64,000 bases of DNA from the NCBI GenBank assembly GCA_041583775.1, contig JBFHFF010000001.1:158725-222724 (forward strand), written 5' to 3'. Shown one piece after another: positions 9,482 to 21,386 of this stretch (position 1 is the first letter of the stretch; every line of letters begins with the position of its first letter). The notes under the pieces are model-generated. The model worked only from the letters and a program-made list of their open reading frames with translations, had not been told where the DNA came from and searched no databases. Both the position numbers and the translations under genes were made by a program. Source of the stretch: Candidatus Moraniibacteriota bacterium (GTDB lineage Bacteria; Patescibacteriota; Minisyncoccia; Moranbacterales; DUUL01).

Positions 9482-10249
9482 TTATTTTCTCCTTTTAATT
9501 TTAGGTGAAAAATTTCCACGATTTTCTTGATACTCATTCCACAATATCAACAAACCAATTCCCAATATCAATGCCATAATGGCACTATTAGCCCCTCTTG
9601 GACCACCTAATAAAAAATTAAAAATGGCATGAATTGTTATAGGTAAGCAAATTGTAAGTAAAGAAAAATAAAATCTATTATAGCCCTTTGTTAGCATCGC
9701 CTTGGCAAGAAACAAACCGGCTACACTAGAATAAATTACATGTGCAGATGTAGATAAAACAAACCTAAGAGGAATAACACTTCCAAAATCGATAATTTCT
9801 CCTGATTGAGCAATAACTGAAAAATAAACTCCGTTTTCAGTGACAGCAAAAGCAAGTCCCACCACCAAACCAACTATCAAACCATCGTTTATGCTTTTAA
9901 TTTTATTCCCCATCAAAACTACTAAGATTCCAATCAGTTTTGACAACTCTTCAATTGTTGCAATTAAACCTGCCGACAAAAGAGCTACTAAATCAAAGGG
10001 CGTTTCTCCAAATAACCAAAATTTTTGCATCCACAAAACTATCTCGTTACCACCTCCCGTTTCTGAAATAATAATCTCCAGGGCGCTAGCTGGAATGGCA
10101 GTTAAAACACCCCAGAAAAAAACCTTAATTAAAAGATTGAAACTTTCTTTTCCAAAATGATTTCTTTTTACAATGACCCAAAGCCACCAAGTAACAGGCA
10201 ATATACCTATTGCAGCAGCAAAAAGAACATTATGATATGACACTAACAT
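9482..10249 (-). CDS. PrsW-family intramembrane metalloprotease
   Basis: Multi-TM protein with the EExxK motif (TIEELSKL), FxxxE motif (FAVTENGVYF) and HxxxB motif (SAHVIY) typical of the PrsW/YpdC family. Confidence 0.65.
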   Translation of the reverse strand: MLVSYHNVLFAAAIGILPVTWWLWVIVKRNHFGKESFNLLIKVFFWGVLTAIPASALEIIISETGGGNEIVLWMQKFWLFGETPFDLVALLSAGLIATIEELSKLIGILVVLMGNKIKSINDGLIVGLVVGLAFAVTENGVYFSVIAQSGEIIDFGSVIPLRFVLSTSAHVIYSSVAGLFLAKAMLTKGYNRFYFSLLTICLPITIHAIFNFLLGGPRGANSAIMALILGIGLLILWNEYQENRGNFSPKIKRRK

Positions 10250-10258
10250 CTTGTATTT

Positions 10259-11266
10259 TTATGCTTCTTCTTCAAGTTTCTTCTTAATTTGTGCATATAC
10301 AGCTTCTGCAGCCTTCTTATCTTCTCTTAAGAAGTTTTTTGCTGCTTCTCGTCCTTGTCCAATTTTAACTTCACCAAATTGATACCATGATCCAGCTTTT
10401 TTCAAAACCCCATATTTAGCACCAGTATCAACTAAATCCCCTTCTTTTGAAATTCCTTCATTATACATAATATCAAACTCAGCAACTTGAAAAGGTGGTG
10501 CTACTTTATTCTTAACTATCTTAGCTTTGACCCTATTTCCAATAATTACATCTCCTTGCTTTATTTGTGCAGCTCGACGAACTTCAATTCGAACAGATGC
10601 ATAAAATTTCAAAGCATTTCCCCCAGTAGTTGTTTCTGGATTTCCAAAAACAACACCTATCTTCATTCTAATCTGATTAATAAAAATAACTAAAACATTC
10701 GATTTTGCAACAATTCCTGTTAGTTTTCTAAGTGCTTGTGACATCAATCTTGCCTGGAGACCCATATGTGAATCACCCATTTCACCTTCTATTTCAGCTC
10801 TTGGAACAAGCGCTGCAACGGAATCAATAACAATCACATCAACCGCATTAGAACGAACCAGTGTTTCAACAATTTCCAGGGCTTGCTCTCCTGCATCTGG
10901 TTGTGAAATTAATAACTCATCAACATTGACACCTATTTTTTTTGCATAACTAGGATCCAGCGCATGTTCTGCATCAACAAAAGCTGCTGTTCCACCCTCT
11001 TTTTGAGCATTCGCAATTACATGTAAAGATAGTGTAGTTTTACCAGAAGACTCTGGGCCGTAAATCTCAATAATTCTCCCTCTGGGAACACCACCGATTC
11101 CGAGAGCTATATCGAGAGACGGGGAACCAGTTGAAATTGCAGCAACATCAACTTTTTTTACCTCTCCTAACTTCATAATTGAGCCTTCACCAAACCGTTC
11201 CTTGATTTCATTCATAACATCCCCAATAATTTTTCCCCCTTCTTTTTTCTTTTCTGCTTTTTTCAT
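10259..11266 (-). CDS. recA: recombinase RecA
   Basis: [26 protein letters not shown] Walker A and [39 protein letters not shown]. Confidence 0.92.
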   Translation of the reverse strand: MKKAEKKKEGGKIIGDVMNEIKERFGEGSIMKLGEVKKVDVAAISTGSPSLDIALGIGGVPRGRIIEIYGPESSGKTTLSLHVIANAQKEGGTAAFVDAEHALDPSYAKKIGVNVDELLISQPDAGEQALEIVETLVRSNAVDVIVIDSVAALVPRAEIEGEMGDSHMGLQARLMSQALRKLTGIVAKSNVLVIFINQIRMKIGVVFGNPETTTGGNALKFYASVRIEVRRAAQIKQGDVIIGNRVKAKIVKNKVAPPFQVAEFDIMYNEGISKEGDLVDTGAKYGVLKKAGSWYQFGEVKIGQGREAAKNFLREDKKAAEAVYAQIKKKLEEEA

Positions 11267-11306
11267 TCTTGTTTTTTTATCTTCTTATGTTATTTTTTCT
11301 AATTTT

Positions 11307-12368
11307 TTAGATTTTTTCTATATTGTCTTCTTGCTCATTCTCTAAACTACTTTCTTCCAATTGAACGGTTTGACTATCTGGTGTGAATATTACATCCCGA
11401 ATAGTTCCACTTTCTTCACTCAAAACCCCTAAATCTTGACCATTTAATTTAATCAAAACTTGATCTGCTTTTCCGGCTGTTACAGAAATATTTTCTTTTC
11501 CTTCAAAAAGCTGAATAGCACCAGGTAGCATTGTTCCATTTTGAATATTTTTACCATCCACTGTAACCAAGACCCAGGTAGAAAAATCTTTAATCTTGAT
11601 TTCCAATTTTACTGATTCCCTTATTTTTTCATCTTGAGCTCCCATCACTTGCCCAACTGAATTTTCTTGAGCTATATCTGTTTCATAATTAGCTGAAACA
11701 TTTATTTTTTTTGTATCTTCATTTAAAAAGCGATTAGTAGCATTTACCTCAATCTCGTTTACCCCATTTTGCAAACTAACCGTCTCCTTGAATTCACCCT
11801 CATCATTAACAAAAACTGGCTGTCCATTAATTCTAATCTTACCATCCTTATCTGTAATACCGACAACCTCGACAGAACTACCTTCTATTGAAAAATTATC
11901 CGCGGGTTGCAACACAACCAATCTAGGTGCCTTAGAAAACTCACCAACCTCCCTATAAAAATATATTCCCCCTGAAAATACAAGTAGTGCAAAAAATAGA
12001 CTAGCTAATACCTTAGGAGTAAATACTATAGTTGGCAATTCAAATTTCTTTTTTTCTTTTATATCATTCTTTAAACCAGATTGACTCTTTCGCATGCTTC
12101 TTTGAATTCCTCTCTCTCTCTTATATAATTTCATCACATCAGCAGGTTCAATTCCTAGATATTCTGCGTAGCTATTAAGAAAACCCCTGACATAAACATC
12201 AGGTGGCAATTTATCGAAACGCCCCTCTTCCAACATTTCCAAGTAAAACTTTCTAATCTTTGTGTTTTTAGCTATTTCACTCAAAGAAACATTTGCTTTT
12301 TCCCTGACTTGTTTTAGTTTTTCCCCTAAAGTATGAGATTTTACCTTTTTCTTTTTAAATTCTATCAT
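11307..12368 (-). CDS. RodZ-like protein (HTH_25 N-domain, TM, DUF4115-like C-domain)
   Basis: N-terminal LGEKLKQVREKANVSLSEIAKNTKIRKFYLEMLEEGRFDKLPPDVYVRGFLNSYAEYLGI, a central TM and a C-terminal beta-rich domain. Confidence 0.6.
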   Translation of the reverse strand: MIEFKKKKVKSHTLGEKLKQVREKANVSLSEIAKNTKIRKFYLEMLEEGRFDKLPPDVYVRGFLNSYAEYLGIEPADVMKLYKRERGIQRSMRKSQSGLKNDIKEKKKFELPTIVFTPKVLASLFFALLVFSGGIYFYREVGEFSKAPRLVVLQPADNFSIEGSSVEVVGITDKDGKIRINGQPVFVNDEGEFKETVSLQNGVNEIEVNATNRFLNEDTKKINVSANYETDIAQENSVGQVMGAQDEKIRESVKLEIKIKDFSTWVLVTVDGKNIQNGTMLPGAIQLFEGKENISVTAGKADQVLIKLNGQDLGVLSEESGTIRDVIFTPDSQTVQLEESSLENEQEDNIEKI

Positions 12369-12575
12369 CAGTTACCTTTATATTTGCTTTCGGATACTAA
12401 AAAATTTAACAAAATTAGCAATTGAACACTATTTGATTGCTTTTTTGTCAGTTCTCTTGCTCTTAGAATATATCATTTGATATGTTTTGTAAACTTTATA
12501 TTTTCAATCTTTTTCTCTTTTTAAAATTATAAAAAAAGCTTTTTACGAATATTAAAAACCCATTAAAAGTATTCT

Positions 12576-13808
<1,233 letters not shown>

Positions 13809-13860
13809 TTATTGATTCATTCCCTCTCATTATCCAGTTTTATAGCTCTTTGTCAACAAA

Positions 13861-15771
13861 TTATTGACTGGGCAAAATTGTGATATCAACATCCTTTATT
13901 TGTGACAATTCCAATTCCCTAAAATCATAAGAAACATCATTCCCAGAAAAAGTATCGACTGCTGTAGTCTTTAAATCATTAAGAATAAAAACTCTTCTAT
14001 CAAGTTGATTTGCTGATGGAATGATTCCTACTTGAAAAGCATACACTTTTGTAGGAGAAATAAAGCCTGTTCCTGCCTCCAAAGATCCAATCACCAATTT
14101 CATTTCATTTGTCCTTGAATTAAACTCCATTCCAGCATCACCCGGGATATATTTATCTTTCCAAATAATTCCAGAAGGAAATTTCGTTGTTAAAATTACA
14201 TTTTTAAGATCATTTGATGTATTTTTTATCTTGAAATAAACAGTAAATGTTGTCTCCTTGCCAACCACAAGAGGTGTTGGCCCACTATTTGGCAATTCCT
14301 CGCTATCATATGCCCCTTCCACTTCTATAAGCAATTTTGAATTAATTGAAACCTTTTTAACAGCTGATCTAATTTTCTTGTTTTGCCACAAAGGAGAATC
14401 AATGTCTAAACTTTCAAGTTCCGTGTAAGCACTGACAAAAAAATTCTTATCACTCTCATTAGTCATTGGAACTTCAGGAATAATTGGTAGTTCCACTCTA
14501 ACAATTCCCTCTTCTCCAGGCATCAGTAGTTTCAGTTCTGGCACTTGAGATGCCTTCCAAATTATAGTATTGTTTTCACTGTCATAATATCCCTGTGAGA
14601 CAAGTACTTTATCTTTTAGGATAACTCTTGAATCAAGATGCTGAACTAAAATAAGATCTCTTAAAGGAACTTCAGAGGTGTTCTTAAATCGAATATTTAA
14701 CTTTATTTCTCCCCCAGGATAGACACTGTCACTAGAAACTTCCTGTTTAATCTCTACCCTACTTGAAATCATCTTCATAACACCTTCGTTTTCAGTAAAA
14801 ACAAGCATTTCATTATCCGTCCTTCTTTGTCCCAACTCTGCTTTAAAACTTTTCAGAGCATCTGGCACTCCTTCAATCACTCCATCTATTCCAATTTTAA
14901 ACTGCTCCTTGCCGCCAAACTTTTCGAGTTGCCAAACACTTTTATCACGAAAAGGACTTGGCTCGCTAGCTTCAAAGGTAAATCCTTCTGGATAGTCCAA
15001 TTTTAATTCTAGATTTTCAAACTCCATTTCGCTATTGTTTTTAATAATCGCATCTAAATGGACAGTTTCTCCACTTGCAGCACTCTTGACCGGAATTAAA
15101 GTAATCGAAATTGGAGATGACTTAATAACAATGCTTTTTTGATCAGACTTTTCGAATAAACTACTGAAATTAGTTGGTTGATATCGAACTGTACTATTTA
15201 GAAACACCTGACGATCTCTTGGTCCGAAAGGTTTAAAAATCACTTCATATTCTTTTTTTTCTCTCGCTTTTACATCTCCAATCGTAATCCTGGATGCTTT
15301 AAATCCCTCTTTTTGAATATATGGTTTTTCTTGAATAACCATACTCTCTGAATAATTCAAATCTATTTTCACATTTTGCAAAGCAACTCGATTAAAATTT
15401 TCAATTCTAATGGTATAGACTGCATCTTCCGCGCTCCTAACTTCTTCTGGCCCAGAGATGCTTATCTCTACTTTCTCTTCAAGAAAAGAACCACCTATAA
15501 ATTTAAAATAAAGAAAAACTACAGCAAAAATGGCCAGTAAGATCAATAAAAACATACCTCCAAAAACAAGCATCTTTCTTTTTTGAATTTCTTGCTGTTC
15601 TTCAGTGACATCTCTTTTCCCTTGAGTTTTTACAATCGCCTCTTCAACGGTTTCAAATCCGTCTTTTGCTTGATTTATATCACTAGCATCATAAACATCC
15701 TCGTCTAACTCTCTATTTTTGAGCTCATCCTTTTTTTTATAAAGTTTTTTCGAAAGATCTTCTAAAGCCAT
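13861..15771 (-). CDS. large signal-anchored surface protein with repeated beta-sandwich (DUF11/CARDB-like) modules
   Basis: 636 aa with an N-terminal TM and internally repeated ~100-aa segments of alternating hydrophobic pattern (e.g. VYTIRIENFNRVALQNVKIDL / IKLNIRFKNTSEVPLRDLILV). Confidence 0.45.
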   Translation of the reverse strand: MALEDLSKKLYKKKDELKNRELDEDVYDASDINQAKDGFETVEEAIVKTQGKRDVTEEQQEIQKRKMLVFGGMFLLILLAIFAVVFLYFKFIGGSFLEEKVEISISGPEEVRSAEDAVYTIRIENFNRVALQNVKIDLNYSESMVIQEKPYIQKEGFKASRITIGDVKAREKKEYEVIFKPFGPRDRQVFLNSTVRYQPTNFSSLFEKSDQKSIVIKSSPISITLIPVKSAASGETVHLDAIIKNNSEMEFENLELKLDYPEGFTFEASEPSPFRDKSVWQLEKFGGKEQFKIGIDGVIEGVPDALKSFKAELGQRRTDNEMLVFTENEGVMKMISSRVEIKQEVSSDSVYPGGEIKLNIRFKNTSEVPLRDLILVQHLDSRVILKDKVLVSQGYYDSENNTIIWKASQVPELKLLMPGEEGIVRVELPIIPEVPMTNESDKNFFVSAYTELESLDIDSPLWQNKKIRSAVKKVSINSKLLIEVEGAYDSEELPNSGPTPLVVGKETTFTVYFKIKNTSNDLKNVILTTKFPSGIIWKDKYIPGDAGMEFNSRTNEMKLVIGSLEAGTGFISPTKVYAFQVGIIPSANQLDRRVFILNDLKTTAVDTFSGNDVSYDFRELELSQIKDVDITILPSQ

Positions 15772-15849
15772 TTTATTTTTATTTTAATTTTAGTTCTATT
15801 TTCATCATTTTGTTTGCTAATTATAGCATAAAAACAATTTGCCCAAAAG

Positions 15850-16596
15850 TTAAAATATTATTTTACCTTCTGTCATATAAGAAAGAATATATTTAGTAAT
15901 ATAAAAAAGTTCTGCTAAGGTTTTTTCTTGCACTTTGATTTTCTTTAGTACCCCTTGATCTTCTTTTAAAAAAATTCGTAGCAACTTAACTGCATCTGCA
16001 CTTATATAAAAAGAGTTACTTTCTTTGTCACCAAAACAGTCTTGGCACTTCAAGCCAGTTGGAACTGAGAAGATAAATTTGTCATCTTGTTTTATTTTTT
16101 TTCTACAATCCACGCAGTGATATAAAGAAGGTACTGCTCCAAGCCAAGCAATTCCCTTCCAAAACAAAGCCAATTGAGCAAAAGAAATTTTTTGTTTGTC
16201 ATTTATTTCTTTATTGATTTTCGAATTTTCGACAATGTCCAGAAAGGAAGAAAATGCCATGTAAATATCTTCACATTTTTCACCTTCCAATAAAAGCTTG
16301 TTTAATATTCTTATGGTTCTGCGAACCAGAATTATCTTCTCATAGTCTTTTTTTATTTCTTGATACTGATCGTCTATTAAAACGCCTGTCACTCTATCCA
16401 AGCCTCGACATTTTATCATAAACAACTCGCTCTTAGTTAAAGAATCTAGTCCTGATGCAAGCTTGGCTTTTGGTTTTCTTGTTCCAACTCCAATAACACT
16501 GATTTTTCCCCTCTCTTTGGAAAAAATAGTGTAAATTCTGTCATATTCTCGACATTCTTTAGCGTCCAAGATGATGGCCTCAGTTTTGTAGCTCAT
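15850..16596 (-). CDS. recO: DNA repair protein RecO
   Basis: N-terminal OB-fold pattern EAIILDAKECREYDRIYTIFSKERGKISVIGVGTRKPKAK and C-terminal zinc ribbon CVDCRKK...CQDC. Confidence 0.6.
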   Translation of the reverse strand: MSYKTEAIILDAKECREYDRIYTIFSKERGKISVIGVGTRKPKAKLASGLDSLTKSELFMIKCRGLDRVTGVLIDDQYQEIKKDYEKIILVRRTIRILNKLLLEGEKCEDIYMAFSSFLDIVENSKINKEINDKQKISFAQLALFWKGIAWLGAVPSLYHCVDCRKKIKQDDKFIFSVPTGLKCQDCFGDKESNSFYISADAVKLLRIFLKEDQGVLKKIKVQEKTLAELFYITKYILSYMTEGKIIF

Positions 16597-16792
16597 AGCT
16601 ATTAATTAATAAAACAATTTAATTATAACAGGTTCTTTGGAATTTGATATTAAGAAAATATATCAATAAATTACCTGAATTGTATAAAACCACTTTATTC
16701 TATATAATAAAAATATTGAAATAATTGACCTTCTTAGCTTAAATGCAAAAAAAGAAGCTCGTCATTGCATTTTTAAACTTCATTACGCTGTT

Positions 16793-17947
16793 ATGCAAAA
16801 AATACTTTTTCTAAATTATGAATATCCGCCACTTGGTGGGGGTGCAGCAAATGCAACAATGAATCTTTTGAAAGAATATTCCAAGCACAATGATATAGAA
16901 GTTGATCTAGTAACATCAGCAATAGGAAATGAAAAAGAAATAGAAAGAATTGGGAATAATATCACAATATATCGCCTTCCTATCGGGAAAAATCCAGATA
17001 AATTAGATTTTCAATCTCAAAAAGATTTGTTAGTCTATTCTTGGCGTGCCTATTTTTTCTCTAGAAAGTTAGTTCAGAAGAAGAAATATGATCTAACTCA
17101 CAGTTTTTTTACTGTTCCTTGTGGCTTTCTGTCTTTTCTTTTGAAATTAGAATTTAAAATCCCTTATATTGTTTCTTTGCGAGGGTCAGATGTTCCTGGA
17201 TATAACGACCGCTTCAATTTTATCTATACATTTATCCGCCCTTTGGCTTGTTTAATTTGGAGCAAAGCAAATTTCTCAATTAGCAACAGCAAGGATCTAA
17301 CCAGTCTTGCCCAAAAAAGCTCTCCTCTTCAAAATTTCCGAGAAATACCAAATGGTGTCGACACCAACTATTACACTCCAGGAAAAAGAACTATTAGGGA
17401 TAAAGAAAAAGAGTTTATAATATTATGTGCTGCTCGTCTAACCAAGAGAAAAGGATTTAATTATGCAATCTCAGCATTTTCAAAAATTGAACAAAAATAT
17501 CCTTGGGCAAAAATGATCCTCGCTGGTGGTGAAGGAAATGCAATGGCAGAACTAAAAGAACAGACGAAAAAATTGAAACTTGAAAAAAAAATTACATTCA
17601 CAGGAAATTATACGAAAAAAGAAGCCCCTGGGATTTATCACAAAGCAGATGTTTTTGTGATGCCGTCTCTTAACGAAGGAATGAGTAATAACCTTTTAGA
17701 GGCCATGTCAGCTGGGTTGCCGGTGTTAATGACATCAACTGGCGGAGCCGAAGAATTGGTAAATGAAAAAGAAAATGGGTTTATCATAAAAATGAAGGAT
17801 GCCAATGATATTGCAAAAAAACTTAGCCTCTTAATTGCAAACCCAGAAGAATGTTCTCGCCTTGGTCAAAATAGTAGAAAAATTGCAACCGCTATGAGCT
17901 GGTCTCGGGTAGCAGAAAAATACCTCAACTTCTATCAGAAAATTTAA
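16793..17947 (+). CDS. GT4-family glycosyltransferase
   Basis: EGMSNNLLEAMSAGLPVLMTSTGGAEELV, the EX7E-type GT-B C-terminal motif; 384 aa. Confidence 0.75.
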   Translation: MQKILFLNYEYPPLGGGAANATMNLLKEYSKHNDIEVDLVTSAIGNEKEIERIGNNITIYRLPIGKNPDKLDFQSQKDLLVYSWRAYFFSRKLVQKKKYDLTHSFFTVPCGFLSFLLKLEFKIPYIVSLRGSDVPGYNDRFNFIYTFIRPLACLIWSKANFSISNSKDLTSLAQKSSPLQNFREIPNGVDTNYYTPGKRTIRDKEKEFIILCAARLTKRKGFNYAISAFSKIEQKYPWAKMILAGGEGNAMAELKEQTKKLKLEKKITFTGNYTKKEAPGIYHKADVFVMPSLNEGMSNNLLEAMSAGLPVLMTSTGGAEELVNEKENGFIIKMKDANDIAKKLSLLIANPEECSRLGQNSRKIATAMSWSRVAEKYLNFYQKI

Positions 17948-18891
17948 TGAACAAAAAAAATCTTGTTAAGTTTGCAAAAATAGTTGTAAGCGCCTCTCTC
18001 GTTGTGTGGCTAATTCTTTCCATAAACTGGGAAGATGTTATTTCGACAATCTACCAAGTTAAGATTGTTTTTCTTTTTTGGTTTCTCTTTTTTTATCTAA
18101 CAGGAATAGTTATTTCTGCTCGTAAATGGGAAATCATTTCTCGTTTTGAAGGATTTTCCTTTTCCTCTTTATTCTTTATCAAGACTTATTTATTTGGCAC
18201 GCTCTTAAACAATTTTTTTCCATCTGTTATAGGTGGTGACACTTTCAGGTCATATGAACTCGGAAAACCAACTAAAAAATTCAAAGAAAGCTCAAGTACG
18301 GTCATAGTTGATAGGATTACAGGACTTCTAAGTTTATTATTTCTGTCTGTCTTATTTGGACTTGTAAATATCTTTATTCAAAAACAATATGGTATTTATC
18401 TCTACATAATAGGATCTATGTTAATGCTTTTGATTTTTTCGTTGCTTTTTATTTTATATTTTCACAATAACAAACTCCAATATTTATTAAAGTTTCTTCC
18501 TGTCGTAATCAAAGATTATTTCCATAAAATAATTTCCTACCGCAAACCAGAAATCGCTATTAAATCTATTTTATGGTCAATTATTTTTTCTTTTGTTGGT
18601 TTAGCTGCTGCAAATTATGTCTTATTTTTATCCGTAGGCATCGAACTTGGATGGTTGAATTATCTTAGTGTTATTTTTTTTGTAAGCGTAGCTTCTTCGA
18701 TTCCTATTAGTATTGGAAATATTGGAGTGAAAGAGTGGGCATACATTACTTTTTTTGGAATTTTTGGCGTCACTTCCAGTACTGCCATTGTGGTGGTTTT
18801 GCTCAGCAGAACGATTCAACTACTAGCTGGGTTATTTGTCTTACCCCTATATTTAAAAGATTTTAAAACAAAAAAACTCTCTCGTAATTAG
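17947..18891 (+). CDS. flippase-like (LPG-synthase TM domain family) membrane protein
   Basis: 8 TM helices and the FPSVIGGDTFRSYEL motif characteristic of PF03706. The start overlaps the GT4 stop as TAATGA, indicating translational coupling. Confidence 0.65.
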   Translation: MNKKNLVKFAKIVVSASLVVWLILSINWEDVISTIYQVKIVFLFWFLFFYLTGIVISARKWEIISRFEGFSFSSLFFIKTYLFGTLLNNFFPSVIGGDTFRSYELGKPTKKFKESSSTVIVDRITGLLSLLFLSVLFGLVNIFIQKQYGIYLYIIGSMLMLLIFSLLFILYFHNNKLQYLLKFLPVVIKDYFHKIISYRKPEIAIKSILWSIIFSFVGLAAANYVLFLSVGIELGWLNYLSVIFFVSVASSIPISIGNIGVKEWAYITFFGIFGVTSSTAIVVVLLSRTIQLLAGLFVLPLYLKDFKTKKLSRN

Positions 18892-18924
18892 AGAGTTTTT
18901 TATAAAGCAAACAAATTTTCGCTC

Positions 18925-21207
18925 TTAATTCTCTTTCTCATACACAACTACCGCATCTCCATCAATAACTCTAATAAAATTTTCTTTTCTGTTTCCTGGA
19001 GTAATTTCAAACAAAAAATCTGGCGTTTCATATAAACGATCAAGTCTGAAGTTATAGTTTTTGTTTCCGCTTAATCTATGTAATATTGTGCGTGTTGAGC
19101 GTTCTTTGCGACCATTTGAAATAATATAATAATCAAAATATGGGCCCTCTTTGATAAATTTAGAACGACTAATTGTACTAGTACACTTACCTACGAACAA
19201 AGCACAGACACCATCATTGTCTGACCAAACATTAAGTTTTTGCGCATCAGGCATTGAGTTAAGAAATTCCGCTGCCTTATAGTTTCCATCACCCATATCT
19301 TTTGGATTAATAATAAAGGGTTCTGGTAGAAGCTCACTATTATAACTAAAAAAGAAAGGTTTAATATTCCATAAAGTAAAAATTTGGAAAATTATCACTA
19401 ATAAAATTGCTCCCCCGGAAAATACTTTTTTTTGATATTTGCTTTTTTTGAAAAATTGCTCAGCCAAGGTTTCTGCCAACCAAATAATTCCGATTCCAGA
19501 AAGCACAAATGCAAGCGGATAAATAATTATTTGATAGCGAATGATTGGACCAACCAAACTATATCCAGAGCCTGCATAATAAATAATACAAAAAAGACTG
19601 ATTTGCCAAAAGACGATAACTCTCCAAGAGATATTCTTTTTTAGTATATTCCAGATTGACAAGAAGAGACCAGACAATAGTCCAAGCGAAGCTACTGGTG
19701 ATATAGAAAATAACAAAACATAGAAACCTGCAAGGAAAGCTTGTATAGAGCCGAAAGAAGCATCTCTCCAATATGATTTTGGGGAAGATAATCCGGCTTG
19801 AAAATCAATCACCGACATTCCTTGATAGGTATTCCAAAAAGCAAATAAACTAGCTAAAAGAAAAGTTATTGGAACAAATAATAAAATCAAAAAACGGAAT
19901 TTTCTTTTTATCTCAAGTATCCAACCAATAATACGGGATTTCAAAAATATCAAATCAGCGATGACAAAGGCGATAAAAAGCACAAAAAATTTCCAAATTG
20001 GCAAAAAAGGTTCACTCCAAATCGTGCCAATTAATATCCTATCTAATTTAACCCAGGTACCCGGATAAAAAATATAAAAAACTGTGATTGCAATAAAAAT
20101 TAAAGTTGCATAATCAAGTAATTTTTCACGAATAAAAGTTGCTATCTTCTTATCTTTTTTTTCTTTCAAAATAAAACTTGTAAAAATAGAAAAGAAAAAG
20201 AAAATAATAAGTAAATTGGAAATATATTTAGTCAACAATCCCAATCCCAAAAAAATTCCACTTAGATATAACCAAAAAAGACTACTTTTTCTGTCATATA
20301 CCAAATAACAAAGCAAGGAAAGTGGCATAAAAACATAAATAAGCGCATCTGGATTTATAATTTGACTTATCCCTATTAAAATTGGCGATAAAGCAATAAA
20401 CGCTGTTGCAGCAAGTGCCGTTCTTGTTTCTGTGAGTTTTTTAATAACAAAAAAGAAAACTAGTAATATTAGCGTATCAAAAATAACCACTGGTAAACGC
20501 ATTACAAAAAGCATATGCAAAAGAGCTTGTTTGTTATATGCATTGTTAAAAAATTCAGAAGGAGTTTCCCAGATGAGTCCAATGCCAGAAATAATAGCTA
20601 GTGTGACTCCCGGTTTATCACTTGGACGCGTTTTGATCCAATCTCGAGCTTTCACATTTTTCCAATAATCTTCAATGCGATTTTCGCCACTATAAGTCCA
20701 AAGTCTTTCATCTGAATAAGCTTCTTTGTCTAAATCAAAAATACTAAATAAAAAATGAACAGAAATAACAGTCGTCAAAAAAATTGCCACAAACATAAGA
20801 ACCGTTTTTTTTGATTCAGTTTTGTTCTCAATAACAAGTTCTTTCTTTTTTTTATTATTTTTTTTATGTCTTTTGATTATCAACGAATATCCCAATGCAA
20901 AAATCCAAACTGCAATCAGAATATTAAAAACATAGTGCATCCCTGGCTCAGTTTGAGTGCCAACTAGAAGAGCAATTTCTGGAGCCAGTGTAAAAAGAAA
21001 AAATCTTTTTGTTGTTATTTTTTTTTCTTCCCAAAAAAAAATTAGTGCTGCCAAAGAAACAGCAAAAGCAAAATAGAAGATAATAAAATAAGATTCAAAA
21101 AATCGATGATATAAATTCTTGAAATTTTCACTTGAAATCAAAACGCTACTGACAAAAAAAATCCAAGCGGAAATGGTTGGAAGTTTTTTGTTATAATTAA
21201 ATTTCAT
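18925..21207 (-). CDS. GT-C fold glycosyltransferase (ArnT/PMT-like, GT39/GT83-like)
   Basis: 760 aa with at least 12 TM helices. The N-terminal third carries the ArnT/PMT-like pattern (ALSPILIGISQIINPDALIYVFMPLSLLCYLVYDRK) and the C-terminal part is a soluble domain. Confidence 0.55.
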   Translation of the reverse strand: MKFNYNKKLPTISAWIFFVSSVLISSENFKNLYHRFFESYFIIFYFAFAVSLAALIFFWEEKKITTKRFFLFTLAPEIALLVGTQTEPGMHYVFNILIAVWIFALGYSLIIKRHKKNNKKKKELVIENKTESKKTVLMFVAIFLTTVISVHFLFSIFDLDKEAYSDERLWTYSGENRIEDYWKNVKARDWIKTRPSDKPGVTLAIISGIGLIWETPSEFFNNAYNKQALLHMLFVMRLPVVIFDTLILLVFFFVIKKLTETRTALAATAFIALSPILIGISQIINPDALIYVFMPLSLLCYLVYDRKSSLFWLYLSGIFLGLGLLTKYISNLLIIFFFFSIFTSFILKEKKDKKIATFIREKLLDYATLIFIAITVFYIFYPGTWVKLDRILIGTIWSEPFLPIWKFFVLFIAFVIADLIFLKSRIIGWILEIKRKFRFLILLFVPITFLLASLFAFWNTYQGMSVIDFQAGLSSPKSYWRDASFGSIQAFLAGFYVLLFSISPVASLGLLSGLFLSIWNILKKNISWRVIVFWQISLFCIIYYAGSGYSLVGPIIRYQIIIYPLAFVLSGIGIIWLAETLAEQFFKKSKYQKKVFSGGAILLVIIFQIFTLWNIKPFFFSYNSELLPEPFIINPKDMGDGNYKAAEFLNSMPDAQKLNVWSDNDGVCALFVGKCTSTISRSKFIKEGPYFDYYIISNGRKERSTRTILHRLSGNKNYNFRLDRLYETPDFLFEITPGNRKENFIRVIDGDAVVVYEKEN

Positions 21208-21299
21208 ATTTCTTCTTAATTTATTACTCTTTTATTATATCTAGTTTGTGTAAATAAAGAAAGAGTTGGTTTTTAGTTTCTTTTTATTTAAATATTTTT

Positions 21300-21359
21300 C
21301 TTTTTTACAAAATAAAAAACCAATCACATATGTTTTAGAAAACTTTAATGTGACTGGTT
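21300..21359 (-). terminator. intrinsic terminator downstream of pyrF
   Basis: 12-bp stem aaccaatcacat/atgtgactggtt with one mismatch, followed on the minus strand by a U-run. Confidence 0.5.
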
Positions 21360-21386
21360 TATCTTCTTAATGTTTTGAGATGATTT

